Part shown: piece after piece, positions 17,751 to 25,485 of the stretch | Numbering within the stretch: the stretch's first letter is position 1 | How the letters are laid out: every line of letters begins with the position of its first letter | Source: an uncultured Chthoniobacter sp. | GTDB taxonomy: Bacteria > Verrucomicrobiota > Verrucomicrobiia > Chthoniobacterales > JACTMZ01 | Reading direction: 5' to 3' | Assembly: GCA_964516705.1 (NCBI GenBank) | Contig: CAZEYV010000077.1 | Span: forward strand, 1-61,323 | DNA: 61,323 bases | Made by a program: the position numbers and the translations under genes | Notes under the pieces: generated by a model | Seen by the model: only the letters and a program-made list of their open reading frames with translations | Databases searched by the model: none | What the model was told of the DNA's origin: nothing

Positions 17751-18515
17751 TCACGGTCCGCCCACCGATTCCAGCCCCGCTGATCCGTCGAAGCGGAACA
17801 GCGCCCGCACCTCGCCCAGCAGCGGATTCTTTGGAGTATTCGCTTTCCACGGAGCCGCGGCGACGTTCGGCTGCCCTTGGTCGGCGCTGCTCATCATCCA
17901 CGCGCCTTCGGCCCCGGCGAGCGCGGTCAGCGGGATATTGGCCGTCGGGGGCTGACCCGGGGTGGTGACGCGGCCGAACGGGTTGACCACGGTGTCGCGG
18001 TTGGTCACGGCGGTGTTCATCACGTAGACGCGGAGGGCATTTTTATCCGCGGGCTGGTCGAGGCGCGCGTAGGCGCGGGGCATCAGCTGGACGGCGAGGT
18101 AGCGGGCCGGTTCCGCGGGCAGCCCGAGGTAGGTCGCGCATTCGGTCACGATGCGTCCACCGCGGCCCTGTTCGTATTCCAGCACCTGTCCCGGGAAGAG
18201 CGGCGGCATGAGTCCGCCATGATCGGGAGCGTATTGCAGCACGGCGGTGCCCATAGTGCGCATCTTGCCCAGGGCGTCGGCGCGATCGGCCCGCGCGGTG
18301 ACGGACGGCACCACGGCGGCGGCCAGCACGGCCAGCACGCCGAGGATGGTCAGGGTGACGAGCACTTCGACCAGGGTGAAAGCAGCGGGGCGCGGCTTCG
18401 ATGGTGTCGGCCGGTAGGGACGGCTGGCCCAGCCGTCCGCACGCCTTTCCGACCAGGCAGGGGTCCGCTGCGGCCAGCGGACCCTACCGTGGGTGGGTGG
18501 GGGCGTTATTTCCAC
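17751..18515 (-). CDS. Prepilin-type N-terminal cleavage/methylation-domain protein (pseudopilin-like); the start is problematic
   Basis: Motif AAFTLVEVLVTLTILGVLAVLAAA. The only in-frame start is the GTG at 18515, which gives a leader of about 45 aa encoded largely by a REP doublet. The gene could be N-terminally disrupted. Confidence 0.6.
   Translation of the reverse strand: MEITPPPTHGRVRWPQRTPAWSERRADGWASRPYRPTPSKPRPAAFTLVEVLVTLTILGVLAVLAAAVVPSVTARADRADALGKMRTMGTAVLQYAPDHGGLMPPLFPGQVLEYEQGRGGRIVTECATYLGLPAEPARYLAVQLMPRAYARLDQPADKNALRVYVMNTAVTNRDTVVNPFGRVTTPGQPPTANIPLTALAGAEGAWMMSSADQGQPNVAAAPWKANTPKNPLLGEVRALFRFDGSAGLESVGGP
18413..18488. repeat. REP doublet, GTAGGG flavour, tail-to-tail
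   Basis: gGTAGGGACGGCTGGCCCAGCCGTCC (18413-18438). The complement of 18461-18488 reads GGTAGGGTCCGCTGGCCGCAGCGGACCC. Confidence 0.7.
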
Positions 18516-18667
18516 GAGGGACTTTATACCAGACCTCCCAAGGTTTGGGACTCACGCAGGATGGTTGTTAGGTAGGGACAGGCAATAGAGCGGTTTCGGA
18601 AAAGGCATAGCCACAGCCGAGCGCAGCGAGACAGACAGCTCGGAGAGCTGAGCGAAGCGGTCAAATA

Positions 18668-18859
18668 GAAGAAGATGGAGGAGGATGATTTTGCGCCGGC
18701 ACACCGGCGCAAAAAAACTTCCTGTCGGTGATGCGGGTGCCAGTCTACGGAAGTTCCCCCCCCCTCCGTGCGTTCGTTGATTTCTCTGGGAAGTAAATGA
18801 AGTTGCGCCGGTGTCAGCCGGCGCAACTTTCTTCGGCTCATCCTCCCTTATCTTCCCCC
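18668..18859. repeat. Module bounded by imperfect inverted repeats (MITE-like element or structured RNA locus)
   Basis: The left arm is gaagaagatggaggaggatgattttGCGCCGGcacaCCGGCGCaa. The complement of the right arm is ggggaagataagggaggatgagccgaagaaagttGCGCCGGctgacaCCGGCGCaac. The 89-bp core has its own hairpin (AACTTCC...GGAAGTT). Confidence 0.4.
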
Positions 18860-18934
18860 ATCCGTGGCTAAATGTTTTTTTGAAACCGCTGTAAAGAAGC
18901 GCCGGGCCGACTCGCTGACGCAATCGTGATGTGA

Positions 18935-19004
18935 TGTAGCGGCGGACTGTGTCCGCCGGAACAATGGGAGAGTGAGGCACCGACGGACATAGTCCGCCGC
19001 TACA
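18935..19004. repeat. REP doublet, GTAGCGGCGGAC flavour, tail-to-tail
   Basis: tGTAGCGGCGGACtgtGTCCGCCG (18935-18958). The complement of 18981-19004 reads TGTAGCGGCGGACTATGTCCGTCG. Confidence 0.7.
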
Positions 19005-19013
19005 AATTATCAC

Positions 19014-19048
19014 AAAAAAAGACGGTCCGTCCCGGAGGACGGACCGTC
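19014..19048 (-). terminator. Intrinsic terminator of zur
   Basis: 12-bp perfect stem gacggtccgtcc-cgga-ggacggaccgtc. On the minus strand it is followed by TTTTTTT, 25 nt after the zur stop. Confidence 0.7.
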
Positions 19049-19072
19049 GGTCCGAGTGTGTGGAAACGCGGA

Positions 19073-19474
19073 TCAGGCCGCTACGACGACGGTGGTGGCC
19101 TTTTTCGCCGCGCATTCGGCACAGGTGCCGTAGAGGGTGAGCGAGTGGCGTTTGACCGTGTAGCCGGCGGGCGCCAGCTGATCGATGCCCGAGGTGCAAG
19201 CCTCGACTTCGAACACCCGTTGGCAATCGTCACAGAGGAAGTGGTGGTGATGGTGCGGGTGCTTGCGCTCGTAATGAGGCGGGGCTCCCGGAATCTCCAC
19301 GACTTCCACCGCGCCCATATCCATGAGGATACGGAGCGCACGGTAGACGGTGGCGATGCCCAAGCCCGGCGACAGGCTACGGGCCGTGGTCCAGATTTCG
19401 GCCGGCGTCATGGGACGCCCGGCGTCTTCAAGGGTTTTTTGTACAGCGGATCTTTGTCTGGTGGCGTAGTTCAC
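19073..19474 (-). CDS. zur: Fur-family metalloregulator, probably Zur
   Basis: Winged-helix IATVYRALRILMDMGAV. His-rich site HPHHHHHF. Two CxxC pairs (CDDC, CAEC). Divergent from znuACB. GTG start. Confidence 0.8.
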   Translation of the reverse strand: MNYATRQRSAVQKTLEDAGRPMTPAEIWTTARSLSPGLGIATVYRALRILMDMGAVEVVEIPGAPPHYERKHPHHHHHFLCDDCQRVFEVEACTSGIDQLAPAGYTVKRHSLTLYGTCAECAAKKATTVVVAA

Positions 19475-19494
19475 TTCTTTGTTGGTTGTTGGTT

Positions 19495-19512
19495 TGTGAT
19501 GTGAGGATCACA
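19495..19512. promoter_or_regulatory. Palindrome TGTGAT-N6-ATCACA in the zur/znuA divergent promoter region, candidate operator
   Basis: An 18-bp inverted repeat with perfect 6-bp arms, 21 nt upstream of the zur start. No consensus match is claimed. Confidence 0.3.
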
Positions 19513-19613
19513 CAAGACATATCCTGTAGCGCGGATCAATTTGCAAATTAATTTTTTGCTTGCTGAAAACATTTTTGCCACCGATGATAACACGTTACGA
19601 ATTTGTTAATCAT

Positions 19614-20498
19614 ATGAATATCAAAGTATTCCGCCTGACGTGGTGTGTGGTGGTCGCTTCGCTGGTCGGGCTCATCACGCCGATGCCCGCGCGCGGGGAA
19701 GCCACGCCGCGGCGGGTGGTGACCTCCTTTTATCCGGTGTATGTCACCGCCTTGAACGTCACCGCCGGGGTGGAAGGCGTGGAGGTGACCAACCTGACCA
19801 GTCCGCATCTCGGTTGCCTGCACGATTACCAGCTGACCACGGGTGATGTGCGGCAGCTGTCCGAGGCCGACCTGCTCCTGGCCAATGGGGCGGGGATGGA
19901 GCCGTTCCTCGACAAGGTGGCGCGGCAATCGCCCGGCTTGCGGGTGGTCGAGGTGAGCGAGGGGATTCCGCTCATGGACGGCAATTCGCATGTCTGGGTC
20001 AGTTTCGACGGCGCGCGGCGGCAGACGGAGAACATCGTGGCCGCGCTCTCGGAGTTGGCGCCGGAGCACGCCGCGGCCTTCCGGGCCAATGGCGAGGCCT
20101 ACGAGGCGCGGCTGACCGCGCTGGAGGAACGGATGCGGTCCGCGCTCGCCCCTTATGCGGGGACCCCGATTGTCACCTTCCACGAAGCCTTCCCCTACTT
20201 CGCGCGGGACTTCCGCCTCGAGGTCGCGGGGGTGATCGAACGCGAGCCCGGCACCGAGCCGAGTGCGCGGGAATTGGCCGACACGGTCAAGCTGGTGCGC
20301 GCGCGCGGGGTCAAGGCGCTCTTTGCCGAGCCGCAGTTTTCCGACCGCAGCGCGCGGGTCATTGCCGCCGAGACCGGGGTGGGGGTCTATGAGTTGGATC
20401 CGGTGGTGACCGGTCCCGCCGAGCCGGAGGCGGCGCGCGGGGCGTGGCTGGCCGCGATGGAGAAGAATCTGACCGTGTTGCAGGACGCTTTGCGCTGA
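19614..20498 (+). CDS. znuA: Metal (zinc/manganese) ABC transporter substrate-binding protein
   Basis: I chose the ATG at 19614, which gives the signal peptide MNIKVFRLTWCVVVASLVGL; the track's TTG at 19560 adds 18 aa. ZnuA/TroA-like motifs: VVTSFYPVY, HLGCLHDYQLT, GVKALFAEPQF. Confidence 0.8.
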   Translation: MNIKVFRLTWCVVVASLVGLITPMPARGEATPRRVVTSFYPVYVTALNVTAGVEGVEVTNLTSPHLGCLHDYQLTTGDVRQLSEADLLLANGAGMEPFLDKVARQSPGLRVVEVSEGIPLMDGNSHVWVSFDGARRQTENIVAALSELAPEHAAAFRANGEAYEARLTALEERMRSALAPYAGTPIVTFHEAFPYFARDFRLEVAGVIEREPGTEPSARELADTVKLVRARGVKALFAEPQFSDRSARVIAAETGVGVYELDPVVTGPAEPEAARGAWLAAMEKNLTVLQDALR

Positions 20499-20525
20499 CC
20501 GACCGCGGGCTGGTAGGTTTCGGCC

Positions 20526-21302
20526 ATGCAACTGCCGCCCGACGACGCGCCCGCGCACCATGGCATCGCGCCGCACCGCTGCGGCGAGTGCTGCACCACG
20601 CTGCGCGATGTCGGCGTGCGCTACCACGGTGTGCCGGTGCTCGAGCACATCGATTTGCATTTGCATTGCGGCGAGCTGACCGCGGTGATCGGCGAAAACG
20701 GCGCGGGCAAGACCACGCTGGTCCGCTGCCTGCTCGGCGAGATCCCGCATGCGGGCGAGGTGCACTTCATGGACGCCGCGCACCGGCGGGCGGACAGTCC
20801 GGTCATCGGCTACGTGCCGCAGCACACGTCCTTCGACCGCGAGGCCCCGATCACCGTGCTCGATCTTTTCGCCGCCTCGCTGGCCGGGCGTCCCGCCTGC
20901 CTCGGCGTCTCGGGTCCGGTCGAGCAACAGGCCCGCGAGGGTCTGGCCCGCACCGGGGCGGAGCACCTGCTGCGGCGCCGGCTCGGCACGCTCTCCGGCG
21001 GCGAGCTGCAGCGCGTGCTCCTCGGCCTGGCCCTCACGCCCGTGCCCAACATTCTCGTGCTCGACGAGCCGATGTCGGGGGTGGACCACAGCGGACGCGA
21101 GCAATTCTACGCCCTGCTCTCCAAGTTGCGCCGCGACTACGACCTCGCCGTGCTGCTCGTCTCGCACGATCTGGCCACCCTGGCCCGTTTTGCCGACCGC
21201 CTGGTTTTTCTCGACCGCCGCATCATCTGCGACGGGCCGCCGTCCGAGGTGCTGCGCGACCCGAGGGTGCGCGAGGCGTTCAGCCTGGAGCTGCCGACAT
21301 GA
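20526..21302 (+). CDS. znuC: Metal ABC transporter ATP-binding protein
   Basis: Walker A GENGAGKTTL, signature LSGGELQRV, Walker B ILVLDEP. Confidence 0.88.
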   Translation: MQLPPDDAPAHHGIAPHRCGECCTTLRDVGVRYHGVPVLEHIDLHLHCGELTAVIGENGAGKTTLVRCLLGEIPHAGEVHFMDAAHRRADSPVIGYVPQHTSFDREAPITVLDLFAASLAGRPACLGVSGPVEQQAREGLARTGAEHLLRRRLGTLSGGELQRVLLGLALTPVPNILVLDEPMSGVDHSGREQFYALLSKLRRDYDLAVLLVSHDLATLARFADRLVFLDRRIICDGPPSEVLRDPRVREAFSLELPT

Positions 21303-22153
21303 ACGGCGCGTGGCTCGAACCGTGGCACCGCGCGGTGTCGCTGCTCCCTTTCGAGTGGGCCGACTACGCTTTCATGCGGCTGGCCCTCCTCGCCGTGCTT
21401 TTCATCGCGCCGCTCCTCGGCGCTCTCGGCACCGTGGTGGTGGCCAACCGGATGGCTTTTTTTTCCGAGGCCATCGGACACGCGGCCTTCACCGGCATCG
21501 CGCTCGGCGTGATCCTCGGTCTGGGCAACCCGCTCTGGTCGATGGTCGGTTTCGCCCTGCTCCTCACCCTGGCCATCACGTGGGTGCGCCGGCGCGGCGG
21601 GCTGTCGTCGGATACGGCCATCGGTCTGGTCATGGCCTTCACCGTCTCGCTCGGCATTGTCATACTCTCCAAAGGCGGCGACTTCGCGCGCTACACCAAC
21701 TTTCTCATCGGCGACATGCTCGGGGTGACGCCCGGCGACGTGGCCGCGCTCGGGTTGCTCGCCGTCGCGGTGCTGGCCCTCTTTTTCTTTTTCTTCAACC
21801 GCCTGCTCCTGGCCAGCGTGAGTCCGGCCCTGGCGCGGAGCCGCGCGCGCCATCCGGGCGCGGCCGAACTGGTTTTCGCCTCGATGCTGGCCGTGGTGGT
21901 CACCTTCAGCCTGCCTTGGATCGGCATCCTCGTGATCAACGCGCTGCTCATCCTGCCGGCCGCGGCCGCGCGCAATTTGTCCCGCAGCACGGGGGAATTT
22001 TTCGGCTGGTCGGTGGCCATCGCCATCGTTTCCGGAATCGCCGGCTTGGTCGTGTCCTTCTACGCCTCGACCGCCACCGGCGCGACCATCGTGCTCGTGG
22101 CCATGGCGGTTTACCTTTTCACCTTGGCCTTCCGGGGACGCACCGCATCATGA
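21299..22153 (+). CDS. znuB: Metal ABC transporter permease
   Basis: ATGA overlap with the znuC stop. ABC-3 family pattern (FMRLALLAVLFIAPLLGALGTVVVANRMAFFSEAIGHAAFTG). It is the 3' part of track ORF 20444..22153. Confidence 0.85.
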   Translation: MNGAWLEPWHRAVSLLPFEWADYAFMRLALLAVLFIAPLLGALGTVVVANRMAFFSEAIGHAAFTGIALGVILGLGNPLWSMVGFALLLTLAITWVRRRGGLSSDTAIGLVMAFTVSLGIVILSKGGDFARYTNFLIGDMLGVTPGDVAALGLLAVAVLALFFFFFNRLLLASVSPALARSRARHPGAAELVFASMLAVVVTFSLPWIGILVINALLILPAAAARNLSRSTGEFFGWSVAIAIVSGIAGLVVSFYASTATGATIVLVAMAVYLFTLAFRGRTAS

Positions 22154-22821
22154 GCGCCACGATTGTCGCGCTGCATGGCTTTCTCGGACGCGGGAGCGAC
22201 TGGGATGCGGTGCGCGCCGCCTCGAAAGCCGACGCGCATTGGTTGTGTCCGGATCTTTTCGCCCCGGGGGCGGGGGATCTTCACGCTGTTCCGCCGTTCG
22301 GGGGCAAAGCCTGGCTGGCCGGTTATTCGTTCGGGGCGCGCCTCGCTTTGCACTGGCTGACCGCCCATCCGGACCGTTGGCACGGTGCGTTGCTCCTCTC
22401 GGTCAATCCGGGCAATTTCCAAACTGGGGACCAACGCGAAGAGCGGCGTCAAACCGACCGGGCATGGGCGCGCGACTTCCGGAGCGAGGCGTGGGACGTG
22501 CTTGTGGCCAAATGGAACGCGCAGGATGTGTTCGCCGGCCGCGCTTGCCCGTTGCGCGGGGAGAAAGATTTCGACCGGGCCAAGCTCGCCGCGGCGCTGG
22601 AAAATTTCTCCGCGGCCGACCAGTTCACCGACCCGCTGCGCTTGCCTCCGCGCCTGACCTGGATGGCGGGCGGGCAGGATGACAAATTCACCGGACTGCA
22701 AACCTCCATGCGCGAGGCGGGCTTTCCCGGAACTTTTCCCGTGGTGGAAGGTGCCGGTCACCGCCTTCTGACCGAGGCGCCGGACGCGGTGGCCGCGGCG
22801 CTCGATGATCTCGTTGCTTGA
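22150..22821 (+). CDS. Alpha/beta hydrolase, MenH-like
   Basis: ATGA overlap with the znuB stop. Begins IVALHGFLG. Nucleophile elbow GYSFGA. Ends GAGHRL. It is the 3' part of track ORF 20749..22821. Confidence 0.7.
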   Translation: MSATIVALHGFLGRGSDWDAVRAASKADAHWLCPDLFAPGAGDLHAVPPFGGKAWLAGYSFGARLALHWLTAHPDRWHGALLLSVNPGNFQTGDQREERRQTDRAWARDFRSEAWDVLVAKWNAQDVFAGRACPLRGEKDFDRAKLAAALENFSAADQFTDPLRLPPRLTWMAGGQDDKFTGLQTSMREAGFPGTFPVVEGAGHRLLTEAPDAVAAALDDLVA

Positions 22822-22854
22822 TCGCGGGGCAGGAGAAAGGGGAGTCTGCCCGCG

Positions 22855-23952
22855 ATGAGCAAGATGATCTACGCGGCCAGTCCGCAATCGGCGGACATGC
22901 TTTATGCCACGGGCTTCCATGCACCGGATGCCTTCGTCTTCCTCGAGCATCGCGGACGGAAAACGATCGTGCTCAACGACCTCGAGATCGACCGCGGACG
23001 GCGTGAGGCGAAGGTCGATGAAGTGCTGGCCGCATCCGACCTGGCCCGCGACTTCGGCAGCACGTCCACCGGCATCGTGGCGGCCGGTTTGCTCCATCGC
23101 CGCAAAATCCGCCGCGTCGAGGTGCCGTCCGATTTTCCCCTCGGCATGGCCCGCGTTCTGGAAAAGGCGGACCTCAAAGTGGTGCCGGTCGAAGGCCACT
23201 TCTGGCCGCAGCGCGAAACGAAAACCGCGGGCGAACTGGCCGCCATCCGCCACGCCCTGCACATCACGGTCGTTGGCATGAAGCGCGCGGTGGAAGTCCT
23301 GCGGGCCTCGAAAATCGGACGCGGTGGCGCGCTCCGCTGGAACGGGAAAATCCTGACCAGCGAAATGGTCCGCGCCGAGGCCGACTCCGCCGTCCTGCGG
23401 GCCGGCGGGATTCCGGAGGGCACCATCGTGGCGGGCGGACGCCAGGCCTGCGATCCGCACGAGCGCGGGCACGGTCCGTTGCGCGCGCACGAATTGATCA
23501 TCCTCGATATTTTCCCCCGGGATGCCCGCAGCGGTTTTTTCGGCGACCTGACCCGCACGGTGGTGAGGGGACGGGCCGGCGAAGCGCAGCGGCGTCTTTA
23601 CCAGACGGTCCGCGCCGCCCAGCGCACCGCCATCGGCATGATCAAGCCGCGGGTCAAAGGAGCCGCCGTGCACCGCGCAGTGCAGGAGTTTTTCGCGGCG
23701 CGCGGCTACCCCACGGAGAAAAAGCGCGGACGCTGGACGGGGTTTTTCCACGGCACGGGGCACGGACTCGGGCTGGATTTGCACGAGGAACCGCGCATGG
23801 CGGCCACCGTTTTCCGCCCCGGGCAGGTCTTCACGGTCGAGCCGGGGCTGTATTACCCGGGCCTCGGCGGGGCACGGCACGAGGACGTGGTGGTGGTGAC
23901 GCGTTCCGGTTGCCAGCCGCTCTCCCGCCTGTCGGTCCCCCTGGAACTGTAA
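22855..23952 (+). CDS. M24 family Xaa-Pro aminopeptidase/dipeptidase
   Basis: Pita-bread motifs: ILDIFPR, HGTGHGLGLDLHEEP, FTVEPGLYYPGLGGARHEDVVVV. Confidence 0.85.
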   Translation: MSKMIYAASPQSADMLYATGFHAPDAFVFLEHRGRKTIVLNDLEIDRGRREAKVDEVLAASDLARDFGSTSTGIVAAGLLHRRKIRRVEVPSDFPLGMARVLEKADLKVVPVEGHFWPQRETKTAGELAAIRHALHITVVGMKRAVEVLRASKIGRGGALRWNGKILTSEMVRAEADSAVLRAGGIPEGTIVAGGRQACDPHERGHGPLRAHELIILDIFPRDARSGFFGDLTRTVVRGRAGEAQRRLYQTVRAAQRTAIGMIKPRVKGAAVHRAVQEFFAARGYPTEKKRGRWTGFFHGTGHGLGLDLHEEPRMAATVFRPGQVFTVEPGLYYPGLGGARHEDVVVVTRSGCQPLSRLSVPLEL

Positions 23953-24008
23953 AAAACCTTCGAACGGAATTGCGCATTTCGTGTCTGTGGAGATGATCTA
24001 AATCCACC

Positions 24009-24686
24009 ATGAGCATGACCACCTACCTGTTGCTGATCGGAGTTCCGCTTGTCCTCGGCCTTTACGCCCAGATGCGCGTTTCTTCCGCCTTCGGCCGATA
24101 CAAGAAAGTCGCCGCGACTTCCGGAGTGACCGGAGCGCAGGCCGCGCGCGAAATTCTCAACGCCGCGCAAATCCACGATGTCGAGGTCCGCGAGATCAAC
24201 GACATGCTCGGCGACCATTACGACCCGATCAAAAAGCGGCTCTGTCTGTCGTCCGATGTCTACCGCACGCCCAGCGTGGCCGCGCTCGGCATCGCCGCGC
24301 ACGAGGCCGGCCACGCCATCCAGCACGCGCGCGCCTACGCGCCGCTCAAATGGCGCATGGCCATCGTGCCCGTCACGCAGTTCGCCTCGCAGATCCTCCC
24401 GCTGGTCATCATCGGCGGTTTCATGTTCCAGATCACCGGGCTGATCACCCTCGGCGTCATCTGCTACGCCGTGCTGGCGGTCTTCCAACTCATCCCCCTG
24501 CCGGTCGAGTTCGACGCCTCGAAGCGCGCCAAGGTCATCCTCCAGCAGATGGGCATGGTCCAGCCCGGGGGGGAAGCGGCCGGGGTCAACAGCGTGCTCA
24601 ACGCCGCCGCGCTGACCTACGTGGCGGCCTTCGTCGCCGCGCTGGGCAACCTCGTCTATCTGCTCATGGCGCGGCGCCATGACTAG
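24009..24686 (+). CDS. YugP-like membrane zinc metallopeptidase (Zn_peptidase_2 family)
   Basis: N-terminal TM helix. Motifs DHYDP..K.L.LS, HEAGHAIQH and LKWRMAIVP. Confidence 0.8.
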   Translation: MSMTTYLLLIGVPLVLGLYAQMRVSSAFGRYKKVAATSGVTGAQAAREILNAAQIHDVEVREINDMLGDHYDPIKKRLCLSSDVYRTPSVAALGIAAHEAGHAIQHARAYAPLKWRMAIVPVTQFASQILPLVIIGGFMFQITGLITLGVICYAVLAVFQLIPLPVEFDASKRAKVILQQMGMVQPGGEAAGVNSVLNAAALTYVAAFVAALGNLVYLLMARRHD

Positions 24687-25485
24687 GCGCGCCGCCCCCG
24701 CGCCGGTCGCTCTCACCATCGCCGGCTCCGACAATTCCTGCGGGGCCGGCATCCAAGCCGATCTGAAAACGTTCGGCGCCTTCGGCGTCTACGGCCTGAC
24801 CGCCGTGACCTGCGTCGTCTCGGAAGTTCCGGGCAAAGTGGAGATGGTCGCCGCGATGACCCCGGCTTTGCTCCGTTCGCAGATCCGGATTTTGTTCGAG
24901 GCCTATCCGATCGCCGCGGTGAAAACCGGCATGCTTTATTCGCGCGCGCTGCTCCGCGTGGTCTCGGAGGAACTGGCCGACCGTCTCGGACGGTTCCATC
25001 TCGTGGTCGATCCGGTCATGGTGGCGAGCAGCGGGGACCCGTTGCTGAAAAAGGACGCGGTGCGCGCTTACGAGGAAGAATTGCTCCCGCTGGCCGATGT
25101 CATAACACCCAATCTCGACGAAGCCGCCGTGCTGCTCGGACGGAAAATCACCGGACTCCGTGCCATGGAGCCCGCTGCGGCCGAACTGCGCGCCAAATAC
25201 GGCGCCGCCGTCCTCCTCAAGGGCGGACACCTCCGCGGCCGCGCCGCGGTCGACGTCCTCTGCGACCGCCGCGGGGTGTCGTCCTTCAGCGCGCCGCGCC
25301 TGCGCGGTTGCGAGACCCACGGCAGCGGTTGCACGCTGTCCGCCGCCATTGCCGCGGGACTGGCCCGGGGACGTTCCCTCGGCGCCTCGGTGGAAGGGGC
25401 CAAAAAATACCTGCACCGCGCCATCGCCCGCCAATTCGTCTGGAGCCGCGGCCGCTTCGCCACGCGGGCCCTGCGGCACCAATGA
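24679..25485 (+). CDS. thiD: Hydroxymethylpyrimidine/phosphomethylpyrimidine kinase
   Basis: LTIAGSDNSCGAGIQADLKTF, VVDPVMVASSG, THGSGCTLSAAIAAGLA. Overlaps the upstream gene by 8 nt. Confidence 0.88.
   Translation: MTRRAAPAPVALTIAGSDNSCGAGIQADLKTFGAFGVYGLTAVTCVVSEVPGKVEMVAAMTPALLRSQIRILFEAYPIAAVKTGMLYSRALLRVVSEELADRLGRFHLVVDPVMVASSGDPLLKKDAVRAYEEELLPLADVITPNLDEAAVLLGRKITGLRAMEPAAAELRAKYGAAVLLKGGHLRGRAAVDVLCDRRGVSSFSAPRLRGCETHGSGCTLSAAIAAGLARGRSLGASVEGAKKYLHRAIARQFVWSRGRFATRALRHQ

Noticed and set aside
18524-19226. ORFs 18524..18841 (105 aa) and 18552..19226 (224 aa) in the gene-free region
   Set aside because: They run through REP units, hairpins and the zur terminator, and in the second case overlap zur itself. 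They lack coding-like composition and any motif.
19584-19614. Fur-box-like imperfect inverted repeat ATGATAACA-N-TGTTAATCAT overlapping the znuA start
   Set aside because: I did not call it as a feature. The arms need an indel to align, and I cannot match it to a defined Zur/Fur consensus without a motif search. It is kept only as a note in the zur/znu finding.
19548-21167. 539-aa minus-strand ORF across znuA/znuC
   Set aside because: Antisense to genes with Walker A/B motifs and SBP motifs. There is no domain signal.
20444-22821. Long plus-strand ORFs 20444..22153 (569 aa) and 20749..22821 (690 aa)
   Set aside because: Only their 3' portions are real: znuB from 21299 and the hydrolase from 22150. 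The 5' portions are out-of-frame read-through over znuA/znuC and translate to Arg/Pro-rich sequence.
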